Assembly: GCA_035650735.1 (NCBI GenBank)
Contig: DASRGZ010000017.1
Location: 62,001 to 101,208, forward strand
Direction: 5' to 3'
Length of the DNA stretch: 39,208 bases
Origin: Chthonomonadaceae bacterium
GTDB lineage: Bacteria > Armatimonadota > Chthonomonadetes > Chthonomonadales > Chthonomonadaceae
The notes beneath the pieces are model-generated. The model was not told the DNA's origin, did not search any database, and worked only from the letters and a program-made list of their open reading frames with translations. Made by a program: the position numbers and the translations under genes. How positions within the stretch are numbered: the first letter of the stretch is position 1; each line of letters starts with the position of its first letter. Positions 1 through 9,519 of this stretch are shown here, piece after piece.

Positions 1-253
1 GAGTGCCGGTGCTCTGAGCGGTGCCGAGCAGATGCTGGGTCTGCGCGTGGACGATTTCCGCCGTATTGGACGCCTTGAGCGCCACGCTCTTGGCCTGGTT
101 AGACACGCGGCGCAACTGCGTTCGCGCCTCCGTCAGCACCGGCATCGCCTTCTTATAGAGCGCCAACAGGCCCAGAATCAATACAAACGTCCACACAATG
201 TTGATGCAGATAAAGATCGCCGAGATGATGACCCACCACTCTGGAACGAGCAT
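1..253 (-). CDS. DUF948/YoxC-like membrane-anchored general stress protein (3' end outside window)
   Basis: Not in the ORF track. Manual translation from ATG 253: MLVPEWWVIISAIFICINIVWTFVLILGLLALYKKAMPVLTEARTQLRRVSNQAKSVALKASNTAEIV..., one TM helix then coiled coil. RBS AAAGGAGA; lies downstream of the YtxH-like gene. Confidence 0.65.
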   Translation of the reverse strand, partial: MLVPEWWVIISAIFICINIVWTFVLILGLLALYKKAMPVLTEARTQLRRVSNQAKSVALKASNTAEIVHAQTQHLLGTAQSTGT

Positions 254-508
254 CCGTCTCTCCTTTCGGCTTGCGGGGAAAGTCCCGGTCATGGCTGCCG
301 CACAGCACAATGCGCTGACCTCAGCGAGCGCCTGGGGCCAATATAGCCTTCCTGCTACCCGGGCATAGGACGGACACAATACGGGGGTTGTTCCCGGTTA
401 TGGGCCTGGCAGGCGAAGAAAATTCCGCGCCAAACCGCCCCCAAAGCCAATGGAGGAGCGGGCTTGTTGCCGCTCCTCCGCAGCTTCGCTCTCTTTACAG
501 AGATCGCC

Positions 509-856
509 CTACGACATGCTCTCCGCCGCCTCGGAGGCCCGGTTCAGCGTGTCCGAGGTCGCCTGCTTGGCCTTTTCGGCTGCCGTGTCAATGGCTTCCG
601 CGCTCATCTGCTGGCCGCGATGCAGCATCTCCGAGACCCTATCGGAAGCCTGGCTCCATTTCTCCTTGGCCGTCTGAGCGACGTTGCTGGTCACTTCAGA
701 AGCCTTATCTTTGTACTCATTGGCCTTCTCGCCGATGGTGCGGCGCATGGCCTCGCCCTCCTGTGGGGCATAGAGCAGCGCGACCGCCGCGCCGACGCAG
801 GCGCCCAGGAAAAACATCATCAAACCATAGCCCGCATTCGATCCCCTGTTTTCCAT
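509..856 (-). CDS. YtxH-domain general stress protein
   Basis: FFLGACVGAAVALLYAPQEGEAMRRTI is the YtxH signature, followed by an Ala/Lys/Glu-rich helix. RBS AAGGAGTGAGG before ATG 856. Confidence 0.88.
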   Translation of the reverse strand: MENRGSNAGYGLMMFFLGACVGAAVALLYAPQEGEAMRRTIGEKANEYKDKASEVTSNVAQTAKEKWSQASDRVSEMLHRGQQMSAEAIDTAAEKAKQATSDTLNRASEAAESMS

Positions 857-1238
857 CTTCCTCACTCCTTTTGCTTTGCCGCGCGATACGCGGGCAACCC
901 GGCACGACGCGCCCGTATATCGCAAGAACATCGCCCTGCGCGCAGACCCTTCCGGTCTGCCTTGCGGACAGGCGACAAGCGGAAAATACGCCCGCCCTGC
1001 CAGCGTCCGTACTCTACTCTGATGTTACGGTACCGCTTCCCCTTTCTTCGCCCATGGAATTGCCAGGGAAGAGAGCGTTTCTGTGGGCGAAGAAGATCGT
1101 TATAGGCCGTCCCGGCAGATTGTGCTGCCGAAAAGACCGCAAATTGGAGGCTCGCCGTTTCCAGGGAGCGGCGCTGAAAATGACGCGCGAGCGAGCGGCT
1201 TTGTTCCCGAAAAGGCTGTTCCGTACCGGCAGCGCCGC

Positions 1239-2243
1239 TTAGCTCACCTCGCTCGCCTGCCGGGAATAGAGCCAGACATCGCGCCAGGCGTCCTCTTCCT
1301 GGAACTGCCCCGGCAGCACGGCCTCGCGCCGAAACCCTGCCTCTTCCAACGCCGCCAGCTTGGCCGCGTCGCGCGGATCGGCATAGCACTGGGTTTTGCC
1401 GGAGGGCAGGGGCAAGGCGTGCAGCAACGTGACCAGCTCCTCCGGGCCGACGTTGGGATGCGCGAAAAAGTCGAGCCATTGGATAGTGTAGTCCCAGCGG
1501 GCATCAGGGATAGCGGCAGCAAAGGCGACGACCGCGCCCGTCTCGGATTCCAGCACGGCGGCAGGGATGCCGGAGCGGCGACCCCAATCGGCCATGAACT
1601 CGCAGTACGGCCCTTCCAGCAGGCTGATGCCCCAGACGTGGAGCAGGGGACAGCGCATATAGGCCGACCCCGGAAGCGAGGCCAGCAGCGCGACCAGCGG
1701 CCAGTGCTTCCATCCGGCTTTCACGGGCCGGTAAGCCGCAGGCGCAAAGCTGCGCTGCACGAAGTCGGCATAATCCCCGCTTGTGTAGCGCATGAAGCCC
1801 GGCGCGCCGCCCTCCACCTGCCGGAATCCGAAGGAGTGATAGATCCAGTAGGGAGGACTCTCGTAGCCGGTGCCGAGCAGCAGGACGTGCCCGCCGCGCT
1901 GCCGGAAATCCTCCATCTGGTGGCGCATGATGGCGTTGCAGATGCCTTTGCGCCGCTGATCCTGGCGGGTATGGACGTGGCCGAAGAGGCCGACGCCGTT
2001 GACCTCCGTCGTCATGATGTTGCCGACCATCTGCCCGTCGTCGCCCAGGCCGATATAGAAGCGTGTCTCTAAATCGTCGCACTCCCCGGCAAACGCGGCC
2101 TCGATATGCCCGAGATAGTTGAGGGGTTTGTGGGCCAGAAACGGCTTGATCTGCTCTGCCCTCTCCGCGTCGGGAGCCAGAACGCACTCGATCTGAAGGG
2201 TCTCCCCGGTCTTTAGCGTCTCTGTCGCTATCCTGGTATGCAT
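1239..2243 (-). CDS. GNAT family N-acetyltransferase (probably two GNAT-like domains)
   Basis: Acetyl-CoA motif A VHTRQDQRRKGIC, motif B YWIYHSFGF, C-terminal LEEAGFRREAVL; RBS AAGGAGG. Confidence 0.8.
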   Translation of the reverse strand: MHTRIATETLKTGETLQIECVLAPDAERAEQIKPFLAHKPLNYLGHIEAAFAGECDDLETRFYIGLGDDGQMVGNIMTTEVNGVGLFGHVHTRQDQRRKGICNAIMRHQMEDFRQRGGHVLLLGTGYESPPYWIYHSFGFRQVEGGAPGFMRYTSGDYADFVQRSFAPAAYRPVKAGWKHWPLVALLASLPGSAYMRCPLLHVWGISLLEGPYCEFMADWGRRSGIPAAVLESETGAVVAFAAAIPDARWDYTIQWLDFFAHPNVGPEELVTLLHALPLPSGKTQCYADPRDAAKLAALEEAGFRREAVLPGQFQEEDAWRDVWLYSRQASEVS

Positions 2244-2483
2244 GGCGCCTCCTTACTTTGCTGATTCGCTGAGCAGGGGAGGAATCCTGCATATTTTCGG
2301 AACTGGCGGTTACTCCTGGTCGCCCCTGTCGCGTAGGAAGGCACCGTCGGGTGCGCACGGAGGCGTTTGAGATGGCAGCAACAAGGTGGCCGGAGAATCG
2401 GCCAAAGGCCCAGGAGAGCAAGGAGGCGAGGAGGGCAGCCTCCTGCCAGAAGACAGGAAGCTGCGCGTGGTACAGACGAGGGG

Positions 2484-3302
2484 TTAGCGACGGCGCAGAC
2501 GGCGGGCTGCCAGGCCGAGGCTAGAGATGCCGAGGCAGGCCAGCAGGCTCAGGGCTCCCGGTTCCGGCACAGCCAGAGCCCGCCAATTGTAGAAGGCGCC
2601 AAAGCCCGTCCCAGGAACCAGGTCCAGAGCCAGCAGCGTGTTGCCTGAGTTCGGTTCCGAAGCAAGAGCGCTCGTGAAGATCACGCGGGAAAAATCGGCC
2701 GTGATGTTGCCTGGACTTCCGAAGGAGGGCTTGGCGTCGGTTCCAATGATCTCCAATCCTCCCGGTTCCGCCACCACCTTTCCCTGCAAGCTGAAGGTGG
2801 GATTGACCAACTGGATGAAAATAGCGGTAGGAAAGGGAAAGAGGTGGAAGGGATCTTGGCCGGTGCCATCATTGAAGAAAACCGTCCCGGTTTTCGCGCC
2901 GCTGACACTAAGGTTCCCGGTGGTCGGATCATAGGTGCCGCGCAGGTCCCAGAGAATATCGGGAGAGCTATAGCCTTGAATAGCGGGATAGTTGACGAAG
3001 CGGGTTTGCACCTGGATATGGGTGGGATCGTTGGGAGCGTTGGGATCCGCGACCACTTCAAAGGTGTGCGGGCGTGGCCCGAACGAAAACACGAGATCGT
3101 TTGGATTGTCTTGAATGGGAACGTTTCCCAGAGGAGTGATTACTAGCCCTCCAAAGTCGGTGGCTCCCGAGAAATCTCCCAAACGGGCAGCAAAGTTAAG
3201 GCCCCGAATGTCGGGCACCTGGGCCGAAGCAGGACCAGCAAGACAAGCCAGGGCAACAAACGCTAAAAGCCGCGAGCAAGGGGTACGTACACAGGACAGC
3301 AT
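2484..3302 (-). CDS. PEP-CTERM sorting domain protein
   Basis: Signal peptide ending PASA/Q; C-terminus VPEPGALSLLACLGISSLGLAARRLRRR; RBS GAAAGGAG before ATG 3302. Confidence 0.9.
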   Translation of the reverse strand: MLSCVRTPCSRLLAFVALACLAGPASAQVPDIRGLNFAARLGDFSGATDFGGLVITPLGNVPIQDNPNDLVFSFGPRPHTFEVVADPNAPNDPTHIQVQTRFVNYPAIQGYSSPDILWDLRGTYDPTTGNLSVSGAKTGTVFFNDGTGQDPFHLFPFPTAIFIQLVNPTFSLQGKVVAEPGGLEIIGTDAKPSFGSPGNITADFSRVIFTSALASEPNSGNTLLALDLVPGTGFGAFYNWRALAVPEPGALSLLACLGISSLGLAARRLRRR

Positions 3303-3478
3303 GGGTTCGTGTCTCCTTTCTGGAATCAGGATTAGGTTAGAAGTGGGAGAAGCATGCCCCATGGCCGAGAATGGGTCCAGAAATGTGGGTAAGAATCGGG
3401 CTGTTAGGAGAGCCAAGGCAACCGAATCGAGACCAAGACAAACCTTCTGGAGGCCATCAGGCGGGCAAAGACAAAGTC

Positions 3479-3495
3479 TGCAAGAAACATGCCAA
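3479..3495 (-). promoter_or_regulatory. sigma-54 (-24/-12) promoter of PEP-CTERM gene 2484-3302
   Basis: Minus strand TTGGCATGTTTCTTGCA fits TGGCAY-N5-TTGCW exactly. Confidence 0.7.
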
Positions 3496-3573
3496 TAGTC
3501 ACAAGGAACTCGGCGCCGAAAGGTGGAACCAGCTTGTTGCCAAAATGTTGAATATCACCCGGTCTGAATCTCC

Positions 3574-3655
3574 GGTAATCCCTCCCAACGGTGTTGACGT
3601 ATCTCCTCAGCAGCAGGCTGCATAAGATTGATCCACACGGCTGGGAGTGTCTACC
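3574..3655. mobile_element. 82-bp MITE, IS1-like ends, copy 1
   Basis: Imperfect terminal IRs GGTAATCCCTCCCAACGGTGT / GGTAGACACTCCCAGCCGTGT; 8-bp direct repeat GAATCTCC at 3566-3573 and 3656-3663; near-identical copy at 30497-30578. Confidence 0.85.
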
Positions 3656-3691
3656 GAATCTCCAGCGCCCTGCACGAAAGGAACCGAGGAC

Positions 3692-6319
3692 ATGAAAGCC
3701 CCTGCTAAGACCGTCAACCTCCAAGACGCTCATCTTTCTCTCTCCCGACGTGACGCGCTGAAGGCGGTCGCCGCACTGGCGGCGGCCCCGCTCCTTGCCG
3801 CCGCGAATCCGTCCGCTGCGACGGCAACCCCCGAAGCTGGCGTTGACGATAGGCGCGATCAGTTGCTCGACGACTGGCGCTTCCATCGTGGAGACGCTGC
3901 CGGCGCGGAACAGCCGGATTTCGACGACGCCGGATGGCGCACGGTTCACCTGCCCCACGATTGGAGCATCGAAGACCTCCCGCCCGATCCCGCGTCCACC
4001 GGGGAGGGGGCGCTCTGGGGCGAAGGTATCGTGCCCTCGCGGATCGGCCCTTTCGACAGGTACCAGAGCGAAGGCAAGGATGCGACTGGCTGGGTCCTCG
4101 GGGGGACGGGATGGTACCGGAAACGGTTCGCCGTGCCCGCCGGCAAACAGGTCGAGGTCCGCTTCGACGGCGTCTATATGAACTGCGATGTCTGGATCAA
4201 TGGGCATCCTCTGGGCAATCACCCCTACGGCTATACCAGCTTCGCTTACGACCTGACGCCTCATCTCCGGCGCGACGGCGAGAATGTGCTGGCCGTGCGC
4301 GTTCGCAACGAGGGCAGAAACAGCCGCTGGTACTCCGGCTCCGGCATCTACCGCCACGTCTGGCTGACCGTCACCGGAGAAATACGCGTGCCGCTCTGGG
4401 GCGTCTCCGTCACCACGCCGGAGGTGTCACCGGATGCTGCGACGGTGAAGGTAGCGGTCCAGATCGAAAACCGTGGCCAGGACGCCCGGGAGGCGAGCGT
4501 TCGCGTCCGGCTATTGGATGCCAACAATGCCGTCGCCGGGACTCGCGAAACCGTGCAGCCTGTGCCGGCAGGCGGCGAGGCTCAGGCGGAACAGGCCCTG
4601 ATGGTCGAGGCCCCGAAGCTCTGGTCCCCGGGGGCGCCTCACCTGTACCGCGCCGAAATTGATCTCGTGGTGGATGGCAAGACGGTGGACCACACGACTA
4701 CCCCCTTCGGTATCCGCAAGATCGAGGTGGATGCCGCCGACGGCCTGCGCATCAACGGCGAGGCAATCAAGCTCAAGGGCGGCTGCCTGCACCACGACAA
4801 CGGCGTGCTCGGGGCCGCCGCCATCGACCGGGCCGAGGAGCGGCGTGTGGAACTGATGAAGGCCAGCGGGTTCAACGCCATCCGTTGCAGCCATAATCCT
4901 CCCTCCCCGGCGTTTCTGGATGCCTGCGACCGGCTCGGCATTCTGGTTATAGACGAAGCCTTCGACCAGTGGGAGCTTGCGAAGAATCCGCAGGACTATC
5001 ACCTGTATTTCAAAGAGTGGTGGCAGCGCGACCTCGACAGCATGATCCTTCGCGACCGCAACCACCCAAGCGTCATCTTCTGGAGCATCGGCAACGAGAT
5101 CCGTGAACGCGCCGACCCGCGCGGCGTCGAGATCGCCAGGCAGCTCGTGGACGAGATCAAGCGCCTCGACCCCACGCGGCCCGTCACCGCCGCGGTCCCG
5201 GCTTTCTTCGAGTCTATGATGTACGGGGGCCGACCCCGGCCGTGGCGAGAGAGCGACGCCGCCTTCCAATTTCTGGACGTGGCCGGCTACAACTACCAGT
5301 GGCCCCAGTACGAGCCAGACCACGCGCGCCAGCCCAACCGCGTTATGATGGGCACGGAGACGTTTGCCCTGCAAGCCCTGGAGAACTGGCAGTCGGCCCA
5401 GAAACATCCCTACGTCCTTGGGGACTTCGTCTGGGCGGGCATGGATTACCTGGGAGAGACCGGCATCGGGAGCGTCCAGCTGCGCGCGCCTACCTTCGGG
5501 CCGCCAGCGCCCAATGTGACGCTGCCAGCCGGGCTTGAGTTCAACTTTCCGGAGGGCACGACGTTCTTCTCCGCCGAATATCCCTGGTTCCACACCTACT
5601 CCGGCGACATTGACCTGATCGGCGAGAAAAAGCCCCAGAGCTACTATCGGGACGTGGTCTGGGGCCAGAGCAAGCTGGAGATGGCCGTCCAGCGCCCGGT
5701 GCCGGAGGGGCACCAGGAGGTCATCAGCCCCTGGGGCTGGCCGGATGAGCTGCGGAGTTGGACCTGGCCCGGCCATGAAGGCAGGCCGCTGAAGGCCCGC
5801 GTCTACACGGCAGGCGACCAGGTTCGGCTTCTACTGAACGGGCAAGAGATCGGCACACAGCCGGTTTCGCGAGAGACCAGGCTTAAGGCCGAGTTTGCGG
5901 TGCCGTACGCCCCCGGCGAGCTGCGGGCGGTCGCTCTTTTGAAGGGCAGCCCCATCGCAGAGCTCGCTTTCAAGACCGTCGGCCCGCCCGCGAAACTTCG
6001 GCTGCGGGCGGACCGGCAGACCCTCCGGCGGGACCGTCGCGATCTGGGGTTTGTGACCGTCGAGGTGCTGGATCAGGCCGGAGACCTGGTTCCAGATGCA
6101 GTCGTGCCCATAACGCTTCATGTTCGCGGGGTCGGGGAGCTGGCCGGGGTGGGAAACGGCAATCCGAAAGATGTGGCCGGCTTTCGTCAGCCGCGAACCA
6201 GGACGTTTCACGGCAAGTGCCTGGCGGTAATCCGACCCACAGGGTCTGCCGGATCAATTACGTTGCGAGCCGAGGCGGAGGGCCTGCCCGCGGCTACTTC
6301 CACGCTGAAAGTGGATTGA
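3692..6319 (+). CDS. Glycoside hydrolase family 2 (beta-galactosidase-like), Tat signal peptide
   Basis: SRRDALK twin-arginine signal; LPHDWSIE, NSRWYSGSGIYR, LKGGCLHHDNG, RDRNHPSVIFWSIGNE (acid/base Glu), GTET (nucleophile); RBS GAGGA/GAAAGGA before ATG 3692. Confidence 0.93.
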   Translation: MKAPAKTVNLQDAHLSLSRRDALKAVAALAAAPLLAAANPSAATATPEAGVDDRRDQLLDDWRFHRGDAAGAEQPDFDDAGWRTVHLPHDWSIEDLPPDPASTGEGALWGEGIVPSRIGPFDRYQSEGKDATGWVLGGTGWYRKRFAVPAGKQVEVRFDGVYMNCDVWINGHPLGNHPYGYTSFAYDLTPHLRRDGENVLAVRVRNEGRNSRWYSGSGIYRHVWLTVTGEIRVPLWGVSVTTPEVSPDAATVKVAVQIENRGQDAREASVRVRLLDANNAVAGTRETVQPVPAGGEAQAEQALMVEAPKLWSPGAPHLYRAEIDLVVDGKTVDHTTTPFGIRKIEVDAADGLRINGEAIKLKGGCLHHDNGVLGAAAIDRAEERRVELMKASGFNAIRCSHNPPSPAFLDACDRLGILVIDEAFDQWELAKNPQDYHLYFKEWWQRDLDSMILRDRNHPSVIFWSIGNEIRERADPRGVEIARQLVDEIKRLDPTRPVTAAVPAFFESMMYGGRPRPWRESDAAFQFLDVAGYNYQWPQYEPDHARQPNRVMMGTETFALQALENWQSAQKHPYVLGDFVWAGMDYLGETGIGSVQLRAPTFGPPAPNVTLPAGLEFNFPEGTTFFSAEYPWFHTYSGDIDLIGEKKPQSYYRDVVWGQSKLEMAVQRPVPEGHQEVISPWGWPDELRSWTWPGHEGRPLKARVYTAGDQVRLLLNGQEIGTQPVSRETRLKAEFAVPYAPGELRAVALLKGSPIAELAFKTVGPPAKLRLRADRQTLRRDRRDLGFVTVEVLDQAGDLVPDAVVPITLHVRGVGELAGVGNGNPKDVAGFRQPRTRTFHGKCLAVIRPTGSAGSITLRAEAEGLPAATSTLKVD

Positions 6320-6351
6320 AGACGTCGGATACCCCCGGCTGTCCCATCCCT

Positions 6352-6570
6352 TTAATACTCGGCAAAGGCCTCATCTGGATAACAATACAGCCAACGCTCC
6401 CTCGGTTCCGCCGAAGCGATCACGGGGTGCCCGCTCGCCTGGGCGTGTTCCCTGGCATGGCGGTTGGGCGAGGAGTCACAGCACAGCGTCGCGCCGCACG
6501 TCTGCAGGTGCGCAGATGAACCCACCTCGCGCCGATCTTGACACATTCCTCGCACTCCCGACGCTTGGGC
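6352..6570 (-). pseudogene. UBP-type zinc finger protein, frameshifted and 5'-truncated
   Basis: PKRRECEECVKIGARWVHLRTC in one frame continues as QTCGATLCCDSSPNRHAREHAQASGHPVIASAEPRERWLYCYPDEAFAEY in another; one base missing near 6504; no start codon and an in-frame TAA just upstream. Confidence 0.8.
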
Positions 6571-6571
6571 T

Positions 6572-6720
6572 CTAGAGGGTGTTATGCCCTTTTTTGCCTG
6601 CATCGAGAGAGGACTTGGAGGCTGATGACCGCTTGGTGCTCGCTTTCTAGCGAGCACCAAGCCTCTAATGAGCGGCTGGCCTATCTCCTCAAGAGGACCC
6701 AAGTGCATCCCACGCTCTAG
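6572..6720. mobile_element. Candidate CTAG-bounded MITE with internal hairpin
   Basis: Ends CTAGAGGGTGTTATGC and (reverse complement) CTAGAGCGTGGGATGC match at 13/16; perfect 14-bp hairpin 6631-6662; abuts the truncation point of the zf-UBP gene. Confidence 0.5.
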
Positions 6721-6973
6721 GGATTTCCTTACGTGATTGTCTCTTGATTGTCCTTCGTTCCTTCGGCTCGAAGAAGTGATGCGGAAGGGCTGCCCGAGCA
6801 GAGCGCCACAGGCGTTCTCTCATGGCGGAGGCGGCGCGAAATCGGCGCTTGTCTCGGGATATTTCAAAATCGAGAACCGCACGGACGGCTGGCGTTCTCT
6901 AAACCGGGAGAAGGACGCGCCTGAAACGAGCCAATCGCGAATGTTGGCGCTGGGCGGGCGAGGGAGCCAGGCT

Positions 6974-8665
6974 TCAGGGAACGGAGAGAAGCGCTTCTCG
7001 CAACAGCGCGGGCGGCATGCTGCCGTAGGAGAGGATGGCATCGTGGAAGCGGCGCAGGTCAAAGCGTGCGCCTTGCCGCCGTTGGATCTCGCTGCGCAGC
7101 GCGACCAGAGCGCGCTTGCCGACCACGCTGGTCATCGGCTGGGTGGGCGTAAGAGCATAGCGGCGCACCTCGGCCCAGGCGTGCGCCTCCTCAAGCCGGG
7201 CCTCGTCTTGCAGGAACTGTGCGGCTTCGGCCAGGCTCATCTGGCGCGTATGCAGACCGACATCCAGCAGCACCCGGCAGGCCCGCCACAGCAGCGCCTT
7301 GAGCTGCATCAGGCGCACGCGCGGGTCGGTGGTGAAGCCCTCTTCCCACATCATGTCCGCGCAGTAAAGCGCCCAGCCTTCGATGAACAGGCTGCTGTTG
7401 GCAAAGTGGCGGCGAAATCGGGAGGGCGTGCGCCCCGCCCAGGCCATCTGGAGATGGCGGCCCGGATAGGCTTCGTGCAGGGCGATAAGGGGAATGTTGA
7501 CGTGGGAGTGGCCCTGTAGCAGCGCCTCCTGCCGCTCCGGGGGCGCGTCGGCGGGGATGGGCGTCACCCAGAACAGGCCCTCCTGGCGCGGCTCGAAGGG
7601 CGCGGGCGGCAGGTAGGCCGGAAAGGGCAAGAGGCTGTGCGCAAACCCCGGCGTCTCGATCACGCGCAGCGTCTCGTTCTCCGGGACGGTAACGAGGCGG
7701 CGAGAGAGAACGAACTCCCGGGCGTGCCCCATTGCTTCCGCATAGGCCCGCGTCAATCCCTCCGCCGTCGGATGGCTTCGCTTGAGATCGGCGACGACCT
7801 CCTCCCAGCTTTGGCCCAGCGCAATTTCGGCGGCCAGCGCGGCCAGCTCCCTTTTCGTCTGCTCCAGAGTCTCCTGACCGATGGCAAGCAGCGCCTCGCT
7901 ATCCTCCCGCTCTCTATCCAGCAGGTGGCCCACTCGCAGATGATAATCAAACAGCTCTCTGCCGAGCGCGAAATCCTCTACGGAGCGCGGCAGAATGGTT
8001 TCGCGCAGGAAGCGGGCATAGGCGGCGAAGGCGGCGCGCGCCGGGCCGATGGCTTCGTTCAGGACTTTTTGCAGACCGGACTGAGGGAGCGAGGCGGCGA
8101 AGGCGGGCAGCGTCTCGGCAAACAGCGAATCGCCCGCCTCCACGCGGGCAATCGCGACCTCGGTGAACAGGCGCGGCGGTCGGGTGAGGTTCTGCTGCGC
8201 CTCGGCGAGCGCGACGGGAATGGTGCGCAGCCTGCCGAGCAGATGGACGGCCCGTATCTCTGCCGGCGCGAACGGGCGGCAGACCAGCAGGAACAGGCCG
8301 GAGAATATAGTATCCGCGTAGGCGTGTGGATGGCGCTCCGGCCAGCGCTGCTGGTCGAACGCCGACAGGGCCATCTGCGCCCAACTGCGCGCCAGGCGAT
8401 AGTCCAGCCGGTTCTCCTGATTCAGTTCCGCCAGCGAGATTTTATCAATGGCGTGCAGGTAGGCGCGGATCTGATCCCGATCCTCGCGCAGGGCGAACCG
8501 ACTGAAGTTATCCAGGTGGTCGTCGTAGTCGTGGACGCCCATAGTGGTCGCCATCACGGGATGCGCTGCGTATTGGGCCGCCAGAAACGCTTTCGTCAGC
8601 GCTGTAAACCGGGCATCCGCCTGCTTGTGGGCAGGCCCGCCAACCTTTGCTCTCTCACTCGCCAT
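6974..8665 (-). CDS. DUF885 family protein
   Basis: HPVMATTMGVHDYDDHL, HEAYPGRHLQ, FIEGWALY, LWRACRVLLDVGLH, EVRRY, FDLRRFHDAILSYGSMP. Confidence 0.88.
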   Translation of the reverse strand: MASERAKVGGPAHKQADARFTALTKAFLAAQYAAHPVMATTMGVHDYDDHLDNFSRFALREDRDQIRAYLHAIDKISLAELNQENRLDYRLARSWAQMALSAFDQQRWPERHPHAYADTIFSGLFLLVCRPFAPAEIRAVHLLGRLRTIPVALAEAQQNLTRPPRLFTEVAIARVEAGDSLFAETLPAFAASLPQSGLQKVLNEAIGPARAAFAAYARFLRETILPRSVEDFALGRELFDYHLRVGHLLDREREDSEALLAIGQETLEQTKRELAALAAEIALGQSWEEVVADLKRSHPTAEGLTRAYAEAMGHAREFVLSRRLVTVPENETLRVIETPGFAHSLLPFPAYLPPAPFEPRQEGLFWVTPIPADAPPERQEALLQGHSHVNIPLIALHEAYPGRHLQMAWAGRTPSRFRRHFANSSLFIEGWALYCADMMWEEGFTTDPRVRLMQLKALLWRACRVLLDVGLHTRQMSLAEAAQFLQDEARLEEAHAWAEVRRYALTPTQPMTSVVGKRALVALRSEIQRRQGARFDLRRFHDAILSYGSMPPALLREALLSVP

Positions 8666-9005
8666 TCTTTCGTACCTCTTGGTGTTCCTCTATTATCGGA
8701 GGCGCAGGCGTTCGGCAGGAGAGGCCAGGCCGGGTTATTCATCACACTAATCGCCGGTTTCTGTCTTCCTGTCCCGTGTCGAGAACGTTGCAAATGTCTC
8801 CTTGCAGGAATGTCCGGCGCGCTTGCGGAAAGGAAAACAAGCTATCCAGAACCTCGGCTATGTGGGCTGCCAACCGAAGGCGGCATTGGCTACTCAGGTC
8901 TACAAAGTGCCGCCAAGCACTGGATACAAGCACAATCTTAGGTGGCCGACAGCGGAAAACTCCCTGCCTGCCAGGGGTATCTTTCCTGTAGAGGTTGGCT
9001 AGTCG

Positions 9006-9014
9006 TGCTATAAT
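9006..9014 (+). promoter_or_regulatory. Extended -10 promoter of the TA pair
   Basis: TGCTATAAT (TGn-TATAAT) about 40 bp upstream of ATG 9053. Confidence 0.6.
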
Positions 9015-9052
9015 TGATAATTAAGGCAATGCAACTGGAGGGCGAGAACAAA

Positions 9053-9313
9053 ATGGCACAACCAAAAGTATATGAAGGAACTTGGGAAGAACTTTCTACC
9101 CATGCCGACGAGTTTCGCCGCTACCCCAAACTTACGCTCATCGTCCCTGGACAAGAGCTACCCGTTCAAAGCCGCTATCGGGCCGGCCTGACGCCGGAAG
9201 AGCGCATTCAGGCGCTGGATGCCGCAGCCGAGAAGAACTGCCACCTGCCCGCATTGCCGCCCGAAGCCTTTGAGCGCGAGAGCCTCTACGCCGACGAGGA
9301 CGAGCTTCCTTAG
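9053..9313 (+). CDS. Putative antitoxin (small protein upstream of PIN toxin)
   Basis: 86 aa with acidic tail EAFERESLYADED; stop 2 nt before a PIN-domain start; RBS GGAGGG. Confidence 0.6.
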   Translation: MAQPKVYEGTWEELSTHADEFRRYPKLTLIVPGQELPVQSRYRAGLTPEERIQALDAAAEKNCHLPALPPEAFERESLYADEDELP

Positions 9314-9315
9314 TC

Positions 9316-9519
9316 ATGGCCTATCTTGCCGATACCAACGTTTGCGCGCGGCGCGTCCTACCGTCGGACCCCCTGTATAGCATCGTCAAGGATGCTGTGG
9401 ATGCCCTGATCCTTCAGGGCGAAACGGCGTACGTCACCGCACAGAACTTAGTCGAGTTCCAGGCGCTTGCCACCCGAGCATGGGAGAGGCCATCTCTGCC
9501 CTTTCTACTACTTCAGTAG
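9316..9519 (+). pseudogene. Truncated PIN-domain (VapC-like) toxin
   Basis: YLADTNV and QNLVEFxALATR motifs; similarity stops after about 54 codons; the C-terminal half with the remaining acidic residues is absent. Confidence 0.75.

Noticed and set aside
3574..3655. 82-bp repeat as a riboswitch or SRP-like RNA
   Set aside because: No known aptamer consensus recognised; copy-specific target duplications and terminal IRs are better explained by transposition.
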